Made by a program: the position numbers and the translations under genes. From positions 1 to 52,026 of the forward strand of contig SLDR01000016.1 of NCBI GenBank assembly GCA_007125155.1: DNA of 52,026 bases. The letters are read 5' to 3'. This stretch comes from Candidatus Campbellbacteria bacterium. Its GTDB lineage: Bacteria > Patescibacteriota > Minisyncoccia > Phycocordibacterales > CSBR16-193. The notes below the pieces were generated by a model, which searched no databases, was not told where the DNA came from, and saw only the letters and a program-made list of their open reading frames with translations. Numbering within the stretch: the first letter of the stretch is position 1; every line of letters starts with the position of its first letter. Positions 1 through 8,941 of the stretch are shown piece by piece.

Positions 1-121
1 CCTCATTATCCTCATTATCCGCTTCAATGTGATCAGCCTCATACGTACCGGTCAAGATCAAAGTACCTACCACCATTCCACCGGCAACGAAAAGGGTTGC
101 AATAACAGGAATGCTTTTCAT
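1..121 (-). CDS. Partial membrane-anchored or exported protein running off the window start
   Basis: Manual translation from ATG at 121 gives MKSIPVIATLFVAGGMVVGTLILTGTYEADHIEADNEDNE, a hydrophobic N-terminus followed by an acidic stretch; the frame is open to the edge. Confidence 0.55.
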   Translation of the reverse strand, partial: MKSIPVIATLFVAGGMVVGTLILTGTYEADHIEADNEDNE

Positions 122-342
122 ATGGAACCAAAAATACCGCTTACCGATCGCATAAAAGGCAGTATACCTCATAGATAAATACCGGCCAAGCAGAAGTGGC
201 CCGATACAATGATCTTTCAACCGCAAGCGGATAAACCTGAAAAGCACTGCTTCATTTATTCAAACTGAAATTCATAGATCCGGTTTTTTTAGCCACATAC
301 AATGTTTTTATACCTAATCCGTAAAAAACCTAAACGGAAATG

Positions 343-370
343 TTGACAACAAAGTCTTTTTTGTCATTAT
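343..370 (+). promoter_or_regulatory. Putative sigma70 promoter of the ATP-grasp gene
   Basis: TTGACA at 343 followed by CATTAT. Confidence 0.45.
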
Positions 371-467
371 TACACAATGCTGAAAATTTATAACTTTAGT
401 CGAAGTTAAAAACGATGACCTTAAGTTTAAAAATCGATCTTGATCGAGCAAGATCTTAAACTCACAT

Positions 468-1751
468 ATGTCCCACATAACCAGAGAAAAAAACATTATT
501 CTTCTTGTTGCTTTCGGAGTACCTCCGGGCATAAAAGAACTGAAAGAAAGCAAAAAATTAAAAGGTTACAGGTTCGCCCTGCTCCATCAGAAGAAAGTTG
601 TTGCCAAGAAACAACAGGATCTGCTGGAAGAGTTCGACATAGTATTAAGATGTAACCTCGAGTCTCATAAAGCCATTACCAAAGAACTAAAACCCTACGA
701 AGACGAACTTTTGGCCGTAACCTGCCGAGGCGAGGTGAACATTCCCGCATTCCAAAAGGTGATTCCTCATGTGCCTTATCTGATGACCCCTACCACCGAA
801 TCGCTTGAATGGTCGACTAACAAACTTAAGATGCGAAAGCGATTCTCCGCTTACGACGGTTCAATAACTCCGAAATTCATGGTGGTAAAAGACGCCAAGA
901 AAAAAACACTGAAGAATATTGAAGAGGCGGTAGGATTTCCTTTGATCATCAAACCTGTCGGCTTGGCAACAAGCCTCCTGGTAAGTGTCGCCTTTTATAA
1001 AGAAGAGATGGAAACATCCCTAAAACGAACACTTAGAAAGATACAAAAACTTCATAAGGACCTGAACGGAAGAGGCACTCCGGAAATACTGGTCGAACAG
1101 TTCATAGAAGGAAAGATGTACTCTGTTGACGCGCATGTTGGATCAAGAGGGGGGGTGATTTTTAACCCGTTCGTTTATGTAAAGACCGGACACTCCATCG
1201 GATTTGAAGATTTTTTCGCCTACCAAACAATAACACCGACAAAGTTGAACAGAAACAGCATAAAAGAGGCGAAGGAAGTAAGCATAAAGGCGATCAAAGC
1301 CCTCAGGCTTAGGAACGTTACCGCCCATATAGAACTTTTGCAAACGGAAAGCGGATGGAAAGTAATAGAGATCGGACCAAGAATGGGGGGATTCCGACAT
1401 TTGATGTACAAGCTTTCATATGACATAGACGCGGCCGCTAACGATGTCATAACAAGGATCCCGAAGAAGTTCTCGATCCCGAAGAAAGAAAAGGGTCATA
1501 CGGCGGTCTTAAAATTCTACGCCAAAAAAGAGGGACTCATAAAAAGCATAAAAGGAGTAAAGAAGGTTTGCGAACTTAAGTCCTTCCACTCCATCAGGGT
1601 CGGCAAAAAGGTCGGAGACCGGGCCGTATTCGCCAAACACGGCGGAAAAGAGATACTCAGAGTTACTCTCTTCGACCCCGATCGATCTAATCTTCTGGCT
1701 GACATAAGAAGGTGCGAACAGACAATATTCATAGCCACCGATAAAGACTGA
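468..1751 (+). CDS. ATP-grasp domain protein (L-amino acid ligase-like)
   Basis: NKLKMR, GFPLIIKP, LVEQFIEG, HIEL and IEIGPRMGG motifs typical of ATP-grasp ligases. Confidence 0.8.
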   Translation: MSHITREKNIILLVAFGVPPGIKELKESKKLKGYRFALLHQKKVVAKKQQDLLEEFDIVLRCNLESHKAITKELKPYEDELLAVTCRGEVNIPAFQKVIPHVPYLMTPTTESLEWSTNKLKMRKRFSAYDGSITPKFMVVKDAKKKTLKNIEEAVGFPLIIKPVGLATSLLVSVAFYKEEMETSLKRTLRKIQKLHKDLNGRGTPEILVEQFIEGKMYSVDAHVGSRGGVIFNPFVYVKTGHSIGFEDFFAYQTITPTKLNRNSIKEAKEVSIKAIKALRLRNVTAHIELLQTESGWKVIEIGPRMGGFRHLMYKLSYDIDAAANDVITRIPKKFSIPKKEKGHTAVLKFYAKKEGLIKSIKGVKKVCELKSFHSIRVGKKVGDRAVFAKHGGKEILRVTLFDPDRSNLLADIRRCEQTIFIATDKD

Positions 1752-1901
1752 CGAGGAATTTATCAAAGTTAGAACCTCGATCAAAAAAACTATCTCGCAA
1801 AAACAAGGTTCGTCTCGAAAAATAGACGTCTATATTGAAAAAAGTCAAAAAAACTGTTAAAGTTCTTCTCACGTGTGTAAGCGTAAAAAATAATTCAAGC
1901 C

Positions 1902-2420
1902 GTGGCAAAGAACTCGACCGTTAAAATAAACAATCAGATAACAGCACCCAAACTACTCGTTGTAGACAAAAACGGAACAAAGTTGGGAGTGCTGTCTTTG
2001 AATGAAGCTCTGAAAAAAGCGGAAGAGGCGGAGTTGGATCTCGTAGAGATAGCTCCCGACACCGAACCCCCCGTTGCAAAGATAATGAGCTACGGAAAGT
2101 ACCAGTACGACCAGAAGAAAAAAGCTCAGAAGGTCAAAACCAAAGCTCATTCGGTTGAAACAAAGGCAATACAGATAAAGCCCAGCACGGGCGAACATGA
2201 CCTTGGTCTCAAAGCAAAAAAGATATCGGAATGGCTCAAAAAGGGAAACAGGGTCAGGGTTGAACTATTCCTGAGAGGGCGTTCCAAATACATGGAAAAA
2301 GATTTTCTTGAAAAACGTCTTCAGAGGGTACTGGATCACGTGGTTGAACCTTATAAAGTGGCCGATGGACCTAAAAAGAGCCCAAAAGGTCTCGCGGTGA
2401 TAATAGAGCGATCCTCTTAG
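1902..2420 (+). CDS. infC: Translation initiation factor IF-3
   Basis: INNQI, LDLVEIAP, PPVAKIMSYGKY and LRGR motifs; followed by rpmI-rplT. Confidence 0.97.
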   Translation: MAKNSTVKINNQITAPKLLVVDKNGTKLGVLSLNEALKKAEEAELDLVEIAPDTEPPVAKIMSYGKYQYDQKKKAQKVKTKAHSVETKAIQIKPSTGEHDLGLKAKKISEWLKKGNRVRVELFLRGRSKYMEKDFLEKRLQRVLDHVVEPYKVADGPKKSPKGLAVIIERSS

Positions 2421-2487
2421 CAAGATCCTCTCCAAGAAGATAAAGGGTTGAAAAAAAAACCGATCTGTGTAATACTTGGCAATCAAT

Positions 2488-2685
2488 ATGAAGAATAATA
2501 AATCATTTTCACAGCGAATAAAGGTAACAAAAACGGGAAAAATGCTGCGTCGACCGACGGGACAGAACCACTTCAACTCAAAAGATTCCTCGGAAAAAAG
2601 AATGAGAAAAAGAGGTCTTAAAGATGTTTCTTTCGGAACCCGTATAAAGAGAAGGTTTTTGCCCGGAACATCAAAGAAAAAATAA
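2488..2685 (+). CDS. rpmI: 50S ribosomal protein L35
   Basis: KSFSQRIKVTKTGK...GQNHFN; lies between infC and rplT. Confidence 0.92.
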   Translation: MKNNKSFSQRIKVTKTGKMLRRPTGQNHFNSKDSSEKRMRKRGLKDVSFGTRIKRRFLPGTSKKK

Positions 2686-2694
2686 GATTCGATC

Positions 2695-3042
2695 ATGACA
2701 AGGGTAAAAAAATCAATAAACGCAATAAAATCAAGACGCTCGATCCTTAAAAAGACAAAAGGATACAGGTTCGACAGGTCACGCAAAAAGAGAGCGGCAC
2801 GGGAAGCGATCTCACACGGGGCGGTATATTCATTTGATCACAGGAGGGACAAAAAGGGCGATTTCAGGAGATTGTGGAACATAAGAATAAATGCGGCGGT
2901 AAGAAAACACGATCTTTCTTACAGTGGCTTCATTCACTCTCTGGCAGAAAGAAATATAATCGTAAACAGAAAAATGCTATCCGAAATAGCGAAAGAAGAA
3001 CCGAAAGCATTCGAAAGGATAGTAAAACACGTTACGTCTTAA
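2695..3042 (+). CDS. rplT: 50S ribosomal protein L20
   Basis: MTRVK, DFRRLWNIRINAA and NRKMLSEIA motifs. Confidence 0.97.
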   Translation: MTRVKKSINAIKSRRSILKKTKGYRFDRSRKKRAAREAISHGAVYSFDHRRDKKGDFRRLWNIRINAAVRKHDLSYSGFIHSLAERNIIVNRKMLSEIAKEEPKAFERIVKHVTS

Positions 3043-3067
3043 AAACCGAACATCAAAAGCAACCCCC

Positions 3068-3095
3068 GCCCTTCAAAATAAAGAAGGGCTTTTTT
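3068..3095 (+). terminator. Intrinsic terminator after rplT
   Basis: GCCCTTC-loop-GAAGGGC followed by a T run. Confidence 0.7.
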
Positions 3096-3579
3096 AATTT
3101 TGATCAGTCTGGTTGAGAAAAGGCTCGCCAATACCACCCGGACCACCGGCCTCCTCTTTATCCGGTAGAAATTTTGTCGAACCGGAAAAAGAAAGAAAAG
3201 CCAAAGTTCCACCTAATAGACCGGCCGTTACGTCACCGAATGTGTCCATCCAGTATATCCGCCCCATGGAAGGGTCAACATTCCCTATGTAAAACTCAAA
3301 CAGCTCCCATAAAACAGCTACCGCCATGACACAGAAAAAAACCGTAAGGAATCGTTTTTTATAGGAAGCAAGGGAAGAATGCCTTCGAAGGATCCACATG
3401 ATCAATGTGGCCACCCAAAAACCGCCTAAAAGATGCATTATGACGTCCAGCCACCAATAAAACCAGTAAAGATAAAAAAGGGTCGCAAAAACGTGAAAAA
3501 GTATCAGCAAAAAACCTCCGACAAATAAAATAATGCCCGAAAGACGATCGTTATCTTTTGATTTTATCTTTAAAAACAA
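3094..3579 (-). CDS. Membrane protein (VanZ/DUF2238-like)
   Basis: Four hydrophobic segments with WLDVIMHLLGG, LWELFEF and DTFGD motifs. Confidence 0.65.
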   Translation of the reverse strand: MFLKIKSKDNDRLSGIILFVGGFLLILFHVFATLFYLYWFYWWLDVIMHLLGGFWVATLIMWILRRHSSLASYKKRFLTVFFCVMAVAVLWELFEFYIGNVDPSMGRIYWMDTFGDVTAGLLGGTLAFLSFSGSTKFLPDKEEAGGPGGIGEPFLNQTDQN

Positions 3580-3761
3580 TGAGATTCTAATTACGGACTT
3601 GATAAAACTTGATGAAAAAACTCAAACCCAAGTATTAAAAGATCCTATAGAAAATATAAATGCTCTATCTAACTTACATTGAGCCCCTTATTGAACTTTC
3701 TTCTTTATCTTCCGTGCAACAACAACTTTCTAAAGCAATCTCTAAAAGCAAGTCCAATAAG

Positions 3762-3935
3762 GGGCCATTTGAAATATCGCCTCGACCCTGAAAGTCAAGT
3801 GGGTTCTTACAACCTGCGTTCATCAGTACTCCTTTCCCGATCTTGAATTGTCGAAACCGAGGAAGGGTTCATCAAAACGAGGTGATATCAAGATCCCTTG
3901 CGATTGGCGTCTAAGGAATATTTCAAACAACCCAC
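3762..3935 (-). ncRNA. 6S-like RNA, copy 2
   Basis: About 173 nt rod: closing stem GGGTTGTTTGAAATAT/ATATTTCAAATGGCCC, central bubble, GGGATCTT/AAGAACCC inner stem and apical CCTTCCTCGGTTT/AGATCGGGAAAGG stem; has its own promoter. Confidence 0.6.
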
Positions 3936-3941
3936 ACACAT

Positions 3942-3969
3942 ATACTATCACACAAACCGCCCTTGTGAA
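3942..3969 (-). promoter_or_regulatory. Promoter of 6S-like copy 2
   Basis: TTCACA-16 nt-TAGTAT with extended TG. Confidence 0.55.
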
Positions 3970-3995
3970 ACAAAGGTCATAAAACGCACAACAGA

Positions 3996-4027
3996 AAAAA
4001 ACAACAGCCCGGTTTTACGGGCTGTTG
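3996..4027 (-). terminator. Intrinsic terminator after 6S-like copy 1
   Basis: CAACAGCCCG-loop-CGGGCTGTTG followed by TTTTTTT on the minus strand. Confidence 0.8.
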
Positions 4028-4037
4028 GAAAGGTCAA

Positions 4038-4211
4038 CAGGATTGAAGTGCTTGCCCTAGCAAAATGCTAGGTGGGTGCCTGCACTTAAAATCGTTCAGA
4101 ACTCCTCCTCAACCTTGGGATACCAAAACTGGGGAGGAGCTCTTCACAACATAAGGATATAAGGCTCCCTTTTTTTGTGCACCAAATAAGGACAAGCGTT
4201 ATCAATCCTGC
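4038..4211 (-). ncRNA. ssrS: 6S RNA, copy 1
   Basis: About 174 nt rod: CAGGATTGA/TCAATCCTG and GCTTGTCCT/AGGGCAAGC closing stems, central bubble, GGGAGCCT/AGGCACCC stem followed by ACCT, apical GAGCTCCTCC/GGAGGAGTTC stem; promoter upstream and terminator downstream. Confidence 0.7.
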
Positions 4212-4216
4212 TTTTA

Positions 4217-4246
4217 ATAATAGATACTTATGAACAAACAAATCAA
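4217..4246 (-). promoter_or_regulatory. Promoter of 6S copy 1
   Basis: TTGATT-18 nt-TATTAT, which places the start at the 5' end of the closing stem. Confidence 0.6.
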
Positions 4247-4281
4247 GTCCTTAAGTGGAAAAGCTGTTTACAAAATGTTAA

Positions 4282-4887
4282 TTACTCCAAAAGACCGTCT
4301 AAATTAACGTCATAAAGGATAGACTCCTGCACAAGCCTGTACTGCATTATTTCCTTATCTTCAAACCATAAAGGTATCTCCTTTTCGGCTTCTTCGGGAT
4401 TTCCGGAAGCGTGGATAAGATTTCTTATCGCTCGACCGTCGGAATCAGCCATAGAGTAAGAGTCGAGAACATAGTCACCCCGGATCGTACCGACATCGGA
4501 AGTTCTCGGCTCCGTACCTCCGGTCGCTTTCCTCACCAATTCTACGGCATGTGCACCCTGCCATATCATTGCCACCACCGGACTGCAGGTCATGTAGTTT
4601 TTAAGTCTCTTAACGACACTGTCGCCAACGACCTCGGGATCATTTGAAGGAGGTGTCTCTCCTTTTGTCTTATAACTCTCAATAGCCTTGGCCCCGACCT
4701 TCTTTTTAAAATCCGGATCGACCGAATAGTGTCTTTCTATAAGATCCTCCGACGGGAGGATCATTTTTATAGCTATGGCCTTTAGGCCGCTCTGTTCATA
4801 TCTCTTTATTATCTCTCCGATCAGTGAACGTTGAACACCGTCCGGCTTGATGATCACCAATGTTCTTTCTTTGCTATAATGATCCAT
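4282..4887 (-). CDS. ndk: Nucleoside diphosphate kinase
   Basis: ERTLVIIKPDGVQR, GTIRGDY and NLIHASG motifs. Confidence 0.97.
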   Translation of the reverse strand: MDHYSKERTLVIIKPDGVQRSLIGEIIKRYEQSGLKAIAIKMILPSEDLIERHYSVDPDFKKKVGAKAIESYKTKGETPPSNDPEVVGDSVVKRLKNYMTCSPVVAMIWQGAHAVELVRKATGGTEPRTSDVGTIRGDYVLDSYSMADSDGRAIRNLIHASGNPEEAEKEIPLWFEDKEIMQYRLVQESILYDVNLDGLLE

Positions 4888-5146
4888 GTTGATTTTTTAA
4901 TGCTATTTATAAATATTAAACTTGATAGGAGCAAATTTCCAACCGCCCGGAATTTGCCAATTTCACCGATCACGAGAGGAACTTGGCTAGATCGAATATA
5001 TTATCAACTTCTTTACATATGATGTTCCTCCCGCGGATAATATGCTCAACATTTTAGCAAATAAATATATTTCCTCAAAATAAGAACGGGGTTCATTTTC
5101 AAAAAAGTATGTCGTGGGCGGTATTTAAAAATTCCAATATGGCGTC

Positions 5147-5920
5147 TCAATCACCCGTAAGGATCTTTACACCTTCGTCCGTAACGGCTACCGAATGCTC
5201 CCAGTGGGCAGAAGGGGCTCCCTCCTTCGTGGCGTAGGTAAATCCGTTATCTAAAAGAATAATGTCACCGGAGCCTGTGGTTAGCATGGGTTCTATGGCA
5301 ATGACCAAGCCTTCAACAAGACGGTGACCCGTGCCTTTTTTATTAACATTGGGCACAAAAGGGTCTTCATGAACGGAATATCCCACCCCGTGACCGGATA
5401 GATGCTTTACCACCGAAAAAGAGGTCTCGTTGCGTACAAAAAAAGAAATGGCGGCGCCTATATCACCCACATAACCTCCGGGCCTCATTGCTTCAATACC
5501 TTTATATAAAGCTTCTCTGGTGCTCCAGTTCAAATTATTTTTTTCCTTCGAACAACGGCCCACGCAGACGGTAACAGCCGCATCGGTAACCAAGACCCCG
5601 TCTGAAAGCCCTATGTCTATACTGACCATGTCGCCCTCTTTAAAGGTTCTGGGGTTCTCATTGGGTACCCCGTGAACTATCTCCTCGTTGACCGAAACGC
5701 AGGTAAGTGCCGGATATGGGCGGATCGCTCCCTTTGGCCTGTAATTGAGAAAAGCGGGTCTTAAACCCGCCTCTTCCACAAGCTTGATCGCTCTATCTTC
5801 TATGTCTTCAGTTGTTCTATCAGGTAAACATGTCTCTCCCAGGGTACGAAGGATCTCATTGTGTATTTTCCCTATCTCACGTAATTTAACTATATCTTCT
5901 TTTGTCTTAATTTTTATCAT
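5147..5920 (-). CDS. map: Methionine aminopeptidase type I
   Basis: SVNEEIVHG, GHGVG, AIEPM and HWEH motifs. Confidence 0.97.
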   Translation of the reverse strand: MIKIKTKEDIVKLREIGKIHNEILRTLGETCLPDRTTEDIEDRAIKLVEEAGLRPAFLNYRPKGAIRPYPALTCVSVNEEIVHGVPNENPRTFKEGDMVSIDIGLSDGVLVTDAAVTVCVGRCSKEKNNLNWSTREALYKGIEAMRPGGYVGDIGAAISFFVRNETSFSVVKHLSGHGVGYSVHEDPFVPNVNKKGTGHRLVEGLVIAIEPMLTTGSGDIILLDNGFTYATKEGAPSAHWEHSVAVTDEGVKILTGD

Positions 5921-6533
5921 TTTCTCCTCTCAACGTTTTTCCAACGATCTCCCTATGAACCTCATCCGGGTCTTGTTCTCCGTTAACGGATACAAAATTA
6001 ACACTTTCGCTTTTTCTGAAAAATTCAATGGAAGGTACAACATTCTCTTCGTACCACTCCAGTCTGTCTTTGATTTTTTCTTCGGTATCATCGATCCTAC
6101 CCCTTTTTTTCAAACGTTCCATTACACACTCCGGAGAAACATCAATGTATACAACAAAAGGTTTTACACATTTATAAAACCTCAGAGCTTCCTCCAGAAT
6201 GGGAGACTCTCTTAACCTTCTAGCTATACCGTCAAATACAAGACTTTCATTTCCGGTGTATTTTTTTATCAAAAAATCGGACCACATCCATACCGGCAAA
6301 AAAGCGGGAAGGAGACCTCCGTTATCGATCACCTCTTTCACAAGATCGGCCGAGTGGTCTTCATTTTCTGCAATAAATTCACGAAAAAGTCTTCCGGTTT
6401 CTATGTAGAGAACCTCTCTTTCCGGAGATATTTCTTTCAAGTGAGTTATCATCCTTTGGGACTGAACACCCTTTCCCGACCCGGAACGACCGAAAAAACA
6501 AAAAACATGGGGTCCTTCCTTATTTATTTGCAT
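5907..6533 (-). CDS. adk: Adenylate kinase (short-LID type)
   Basis: GRSGSGKG P-loop, FDGIAR and RGRIDD; lies between secY and map. Confidence 0.88.
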   Translation of the reverse strand: MQINKEGPHVFCFFGRSGSGKGVQSQRMITHLKEISPEREVLYIETGRLFREFIAENEDHSADLVKEVIDNGGLLPAFLPVWMWSDFLIKKYTGNESLVFDGIARRLRESPILEEALRFYKCVKPFVVYIDVSPECVMERLKKRGRIDDTEEKIKDRLEWYEENVVPSIEFFRKSESVNFVSVNGEQDPDEVHREIVGKTLRGENDKN

Positions 6534-6551
6534 AAAATAAAAAGTGCACTA

Positions 6552-7826
6552 TTAATACTCCCTCAAAGTTATCTGAGCGTCTATCTTTTTTATCAGATCG
6601 GTAACCACGACCACGGTAATAAGAAGCGCCGTTCCACCTATGGCCAATGCTTCTATACCCGTAATAGCACGCATGGCAAGCGGTAGAACCGCCACAGCTC
6701 CCAGGAATAAAGCTCCGACCAAGGTGATCCTGGTGACGATATTACCGATGTACTCGGAAGTTGGTTCACCGGGCCTTATTCCCGGCACGAAAGCCCCTCC
6801 TTTTTGAAGGTTCCCGGCGATTGACTTCGGATCAAAGGTAATAGCTACATAGAAGAAAGTAAACCCGAAAACAAGAGCAAAATATATACCGGCATAAACC
6901 CACCCGTTCTCCAAGAAAACAATAACGGAGTCCGAAACGGAGGCCACAATGGCATTGTCAACATTCCTTAAAAATTCAAATATCATCTGAGGAAAGAGAA
7001 GGATCGAGAGCGCAAATATGATCGGGATAACTCCTCCCTGATTAAGCCTTAAGGGCAAATAAGTGGATATTCCGCTTCGCATCTTCTCACCTCTAACTCT
7101 TTTGGCATAAGTGACGGGGACCGGACGTTCCGCCTCGGTCACCAGAACGACACCAAAGACCACAACCGCCGCAACCGCAAGAAATCCCAAATAAAGTGGG
7201 ATCTGGCCCGGATCAAAATCAAATAACCTCTCCGCAACTATTCCCGGAAGACTGGCCACGATTCCGGCAAATATGAGAAGAGAAACGCCGTTACCGATCC
7301 CATACTGGGTTATCAATTCGCCTATCCACATAAGGAGAACCGATCCTGCGGCTATCACAATAACACTGGTCACCATTCCGAAGGTGTCCAGCTGAGGAAG
7401 AATGCCCTCTCTCGTCAACAGGGTCAAGAATCCGAATGCCTGTATAAGTGCCAAAGGAACCGTTAACATCCTGGAATATTGAACAAATTTCCTTTTTCCG
7501 GCTTCACCCTCCTCATGATATAAAGACTTGAGTTTGGGGGACATTACGGTCATCAATTGCATGATAATGCTTGCTGTAATGAAGGGCCCGACACCGAGCA
7601 TCACGATAGAAAAGTTGGAAAGACCTCCTCCTGAAAATATATCAAGAAGGCCGAAAAACTGTTGACTCTCCAAAAAACGAGCCAATCCTTGAGCGTCAAC
7701 ACCCGGAATGGGAATGGCTCGCAAGATCGTGAACAGGACGAGTCCGCTTAAGAGGAAAAATATACGCTGTCGCAGATTTTCGTCAGAAAATACAAAACTT
7801 AACTTTTGAAAAAAAACTGTTAACAT
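6552..7826 (-). CDS. secY: Preprotein translocase SecY
   Basis: About 10 TM segments; LGVGPFITASII, GIGNGVSLLIF and PGIRPG motifs. Confidence 0.98.
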   Translation of the reverse strand: MLTVFFQKLSFVFSDENLRQRIFFLLSGLVLFTILRAIPIPGVDAQGLARFLESQQFFGLLDIFSGGGLSNFSIVMLGVGPFITASIIMQLMTVMSPKLKSLYHEEGEAGKRKFVQYSRMLTVPLALIQAFGFLTLLTREGILPQLDTFGMVTSVIVIAAGSVLLMWIGELITQYGIGNGVSLLIFAGIVASLPGIVAERLFDFDPGQIPLYLGFLAVAAVVVFGVVLVTEAERPVPVTYAKRVRGEKMRSGISTYLPLRLNQGGVIPIIFALSILLFPQMIFEFLRNVDNAIVASVSDSVIVFLENGWVYAGIYFALVFGFTFFYVAITFDPKSIAGNLQKGGAFVPGIRPGEPTSEYIGNIVTRITLVGALFLGAVAVLPLAMRAITGIEALAIGGTALLITVVVVTDLIKKIDAQITLREY

Positions 7827-7860
7827 GTGAATTCTTCTTTTTTTATAAAGCGGTAATATC

Positions 7861-8301
7861 TTACTTTACGCTTCCTCCCGCTTTCTCTATTTTCTTTCGA
7901 GCATTCTCAGACACCGCACAACCGGACACAGTGACCTTCTTTGAAAGGTCTCCACCGGCAAGTATTTTCACATAGATCTTTGACGCCCTTCCTTTTTTGA
8001 CCTTCAAAACGCCCTTTTCAAGTAATGTCAGAGTGGAGACCTCTTCACCATCGGAATAAGCACTTTCCAAGGCTTCTAAATTAACAACGTAATACCCTCT
8101 TCTAAGAACGGTCTCGGCGGAATGCCCTCGCAGTTTGGGGATGGTTTTTATATAATCCCTGATCTCCGGCCTTATCTTCCTTCCGGCCCTGGACTTTTGG
8201 CCTTTATGTCCTCGGCCCGATGTTTTACCTCTTTTTCCACCTCTCCCGATCTGGCGGGCTTTTATTCTTTTGGTTTTAGGTTTTAAACTGTCTTTTTGCA
8301 T
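7861..8301 (-). CDS. rplO: 50S ribosomal protein L15
   Basis: GRGGKRGKTSGRGHKGQKSR; IEKAGG. Confidence 0.97.
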   Translation of the reverse strand: MQKDSLKPKTKRIKARQIGRGGKRGKTSGRGHKGQKSRAGRKIRPEIRDYIKTIPKLRGHSAETVLRRGYYVVNLEALESAYSDGEEVSTLTLLEKGVLKVKKGRASKIYVKILAGGDLSKKVTVSGCAVSENARKKIEKAGGSVK

Positions 8302-8302
8302 A

Positions 8303-8941
8303 CTATTTATTTTTTCTTTTTTGAGAAGAACTATCTTCCATAAGCTTCAATTCCAACAGCGCCTGGATGGCGGCTTTGGCATTATTGAAATCATTTTTAC
8401 TCCTTGAGTATATTTTGGCATTAACATCAGTAATACCCGCAAGCTCCAGCACGGTCCTGACAGACCCGCCGGCTATGACTCCTTTACCCGGAGCCGGCTT
8501 TATGAAAACATTGGAAGAAGTGAATTTTGTCCTCACAACATGAGGAATAGACATACTTTCGGTCAAAACCGGCTTTATCATGGAGTTCTTTGCATCATTG
8601 TAAGCTTTTTCGATGGCAAGCGCCGTATCTGACGCCTTTCCCATTCCCACACCCACGGAGCCTTTTTTATCACCTATCACCAAACATACACTGAAACTAA
8701 AACGTCGACCTCCGGCCACCACTCTGGTAACCCTTCGTATACTGACTATCTTTTGTTGGAACTCAGCTCTGGGTTTCCTGGACTCACGTCTGAATTGTCT
8801 TCTCCCTTGAAATGATCTTTCGTTCGTTTTATCAGAGCCGGAACTGTTTTCTTTTCCGCCATTTCGATTACCGTCATTATTTTTAAATGTCTTGCTGTTC
8901 TCGTTATTCTTTACTTTTTTTATTGTTTTTTCCATATTCAT
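8303..8941 (-). CDS. rpsE: 30S ribosomal protein S5
   Basis: RVTRVVAGGRRFSF and PAPGKGVIAGG; long N-terminal extension. Confidence 0.97.
   Translation of the reverse strand: MNMEKTIKKVKNNENSKTFKNNDGNRNGGKENSSGSDKTNERSFQGRRQFRRESRKPRAEFQQKIVSIRRVTRVVAGGRRFSFSVCLVIGDKKGSVGVGMGKASDTALAIEKAYNDAKNSMIKPVLTESMSIPHVVRTKFTSSNVFIKPAPGKGVIAGGSVRTVLELAGITDVNAKIYSRSKNDFNNAKAAIQALLELKLMEDSSSQKRKNK

Noticed and set aside
3683-3765. Possible SRP RNA
   Set aside because: Lacks the conserved CAGG-GNRA-AGCA domain IV motif
3810-3875. Minus-strand CTGATGA suggesting a hammerhead ribozyme, and GGTTTCGAC suggesting a tmRNA 5' end
   Set aside because: There is no correctly placed GAAA or stem III, no GGGG acceptor and no tmRNA 3' end; the 6S-like rod explains the pairing better
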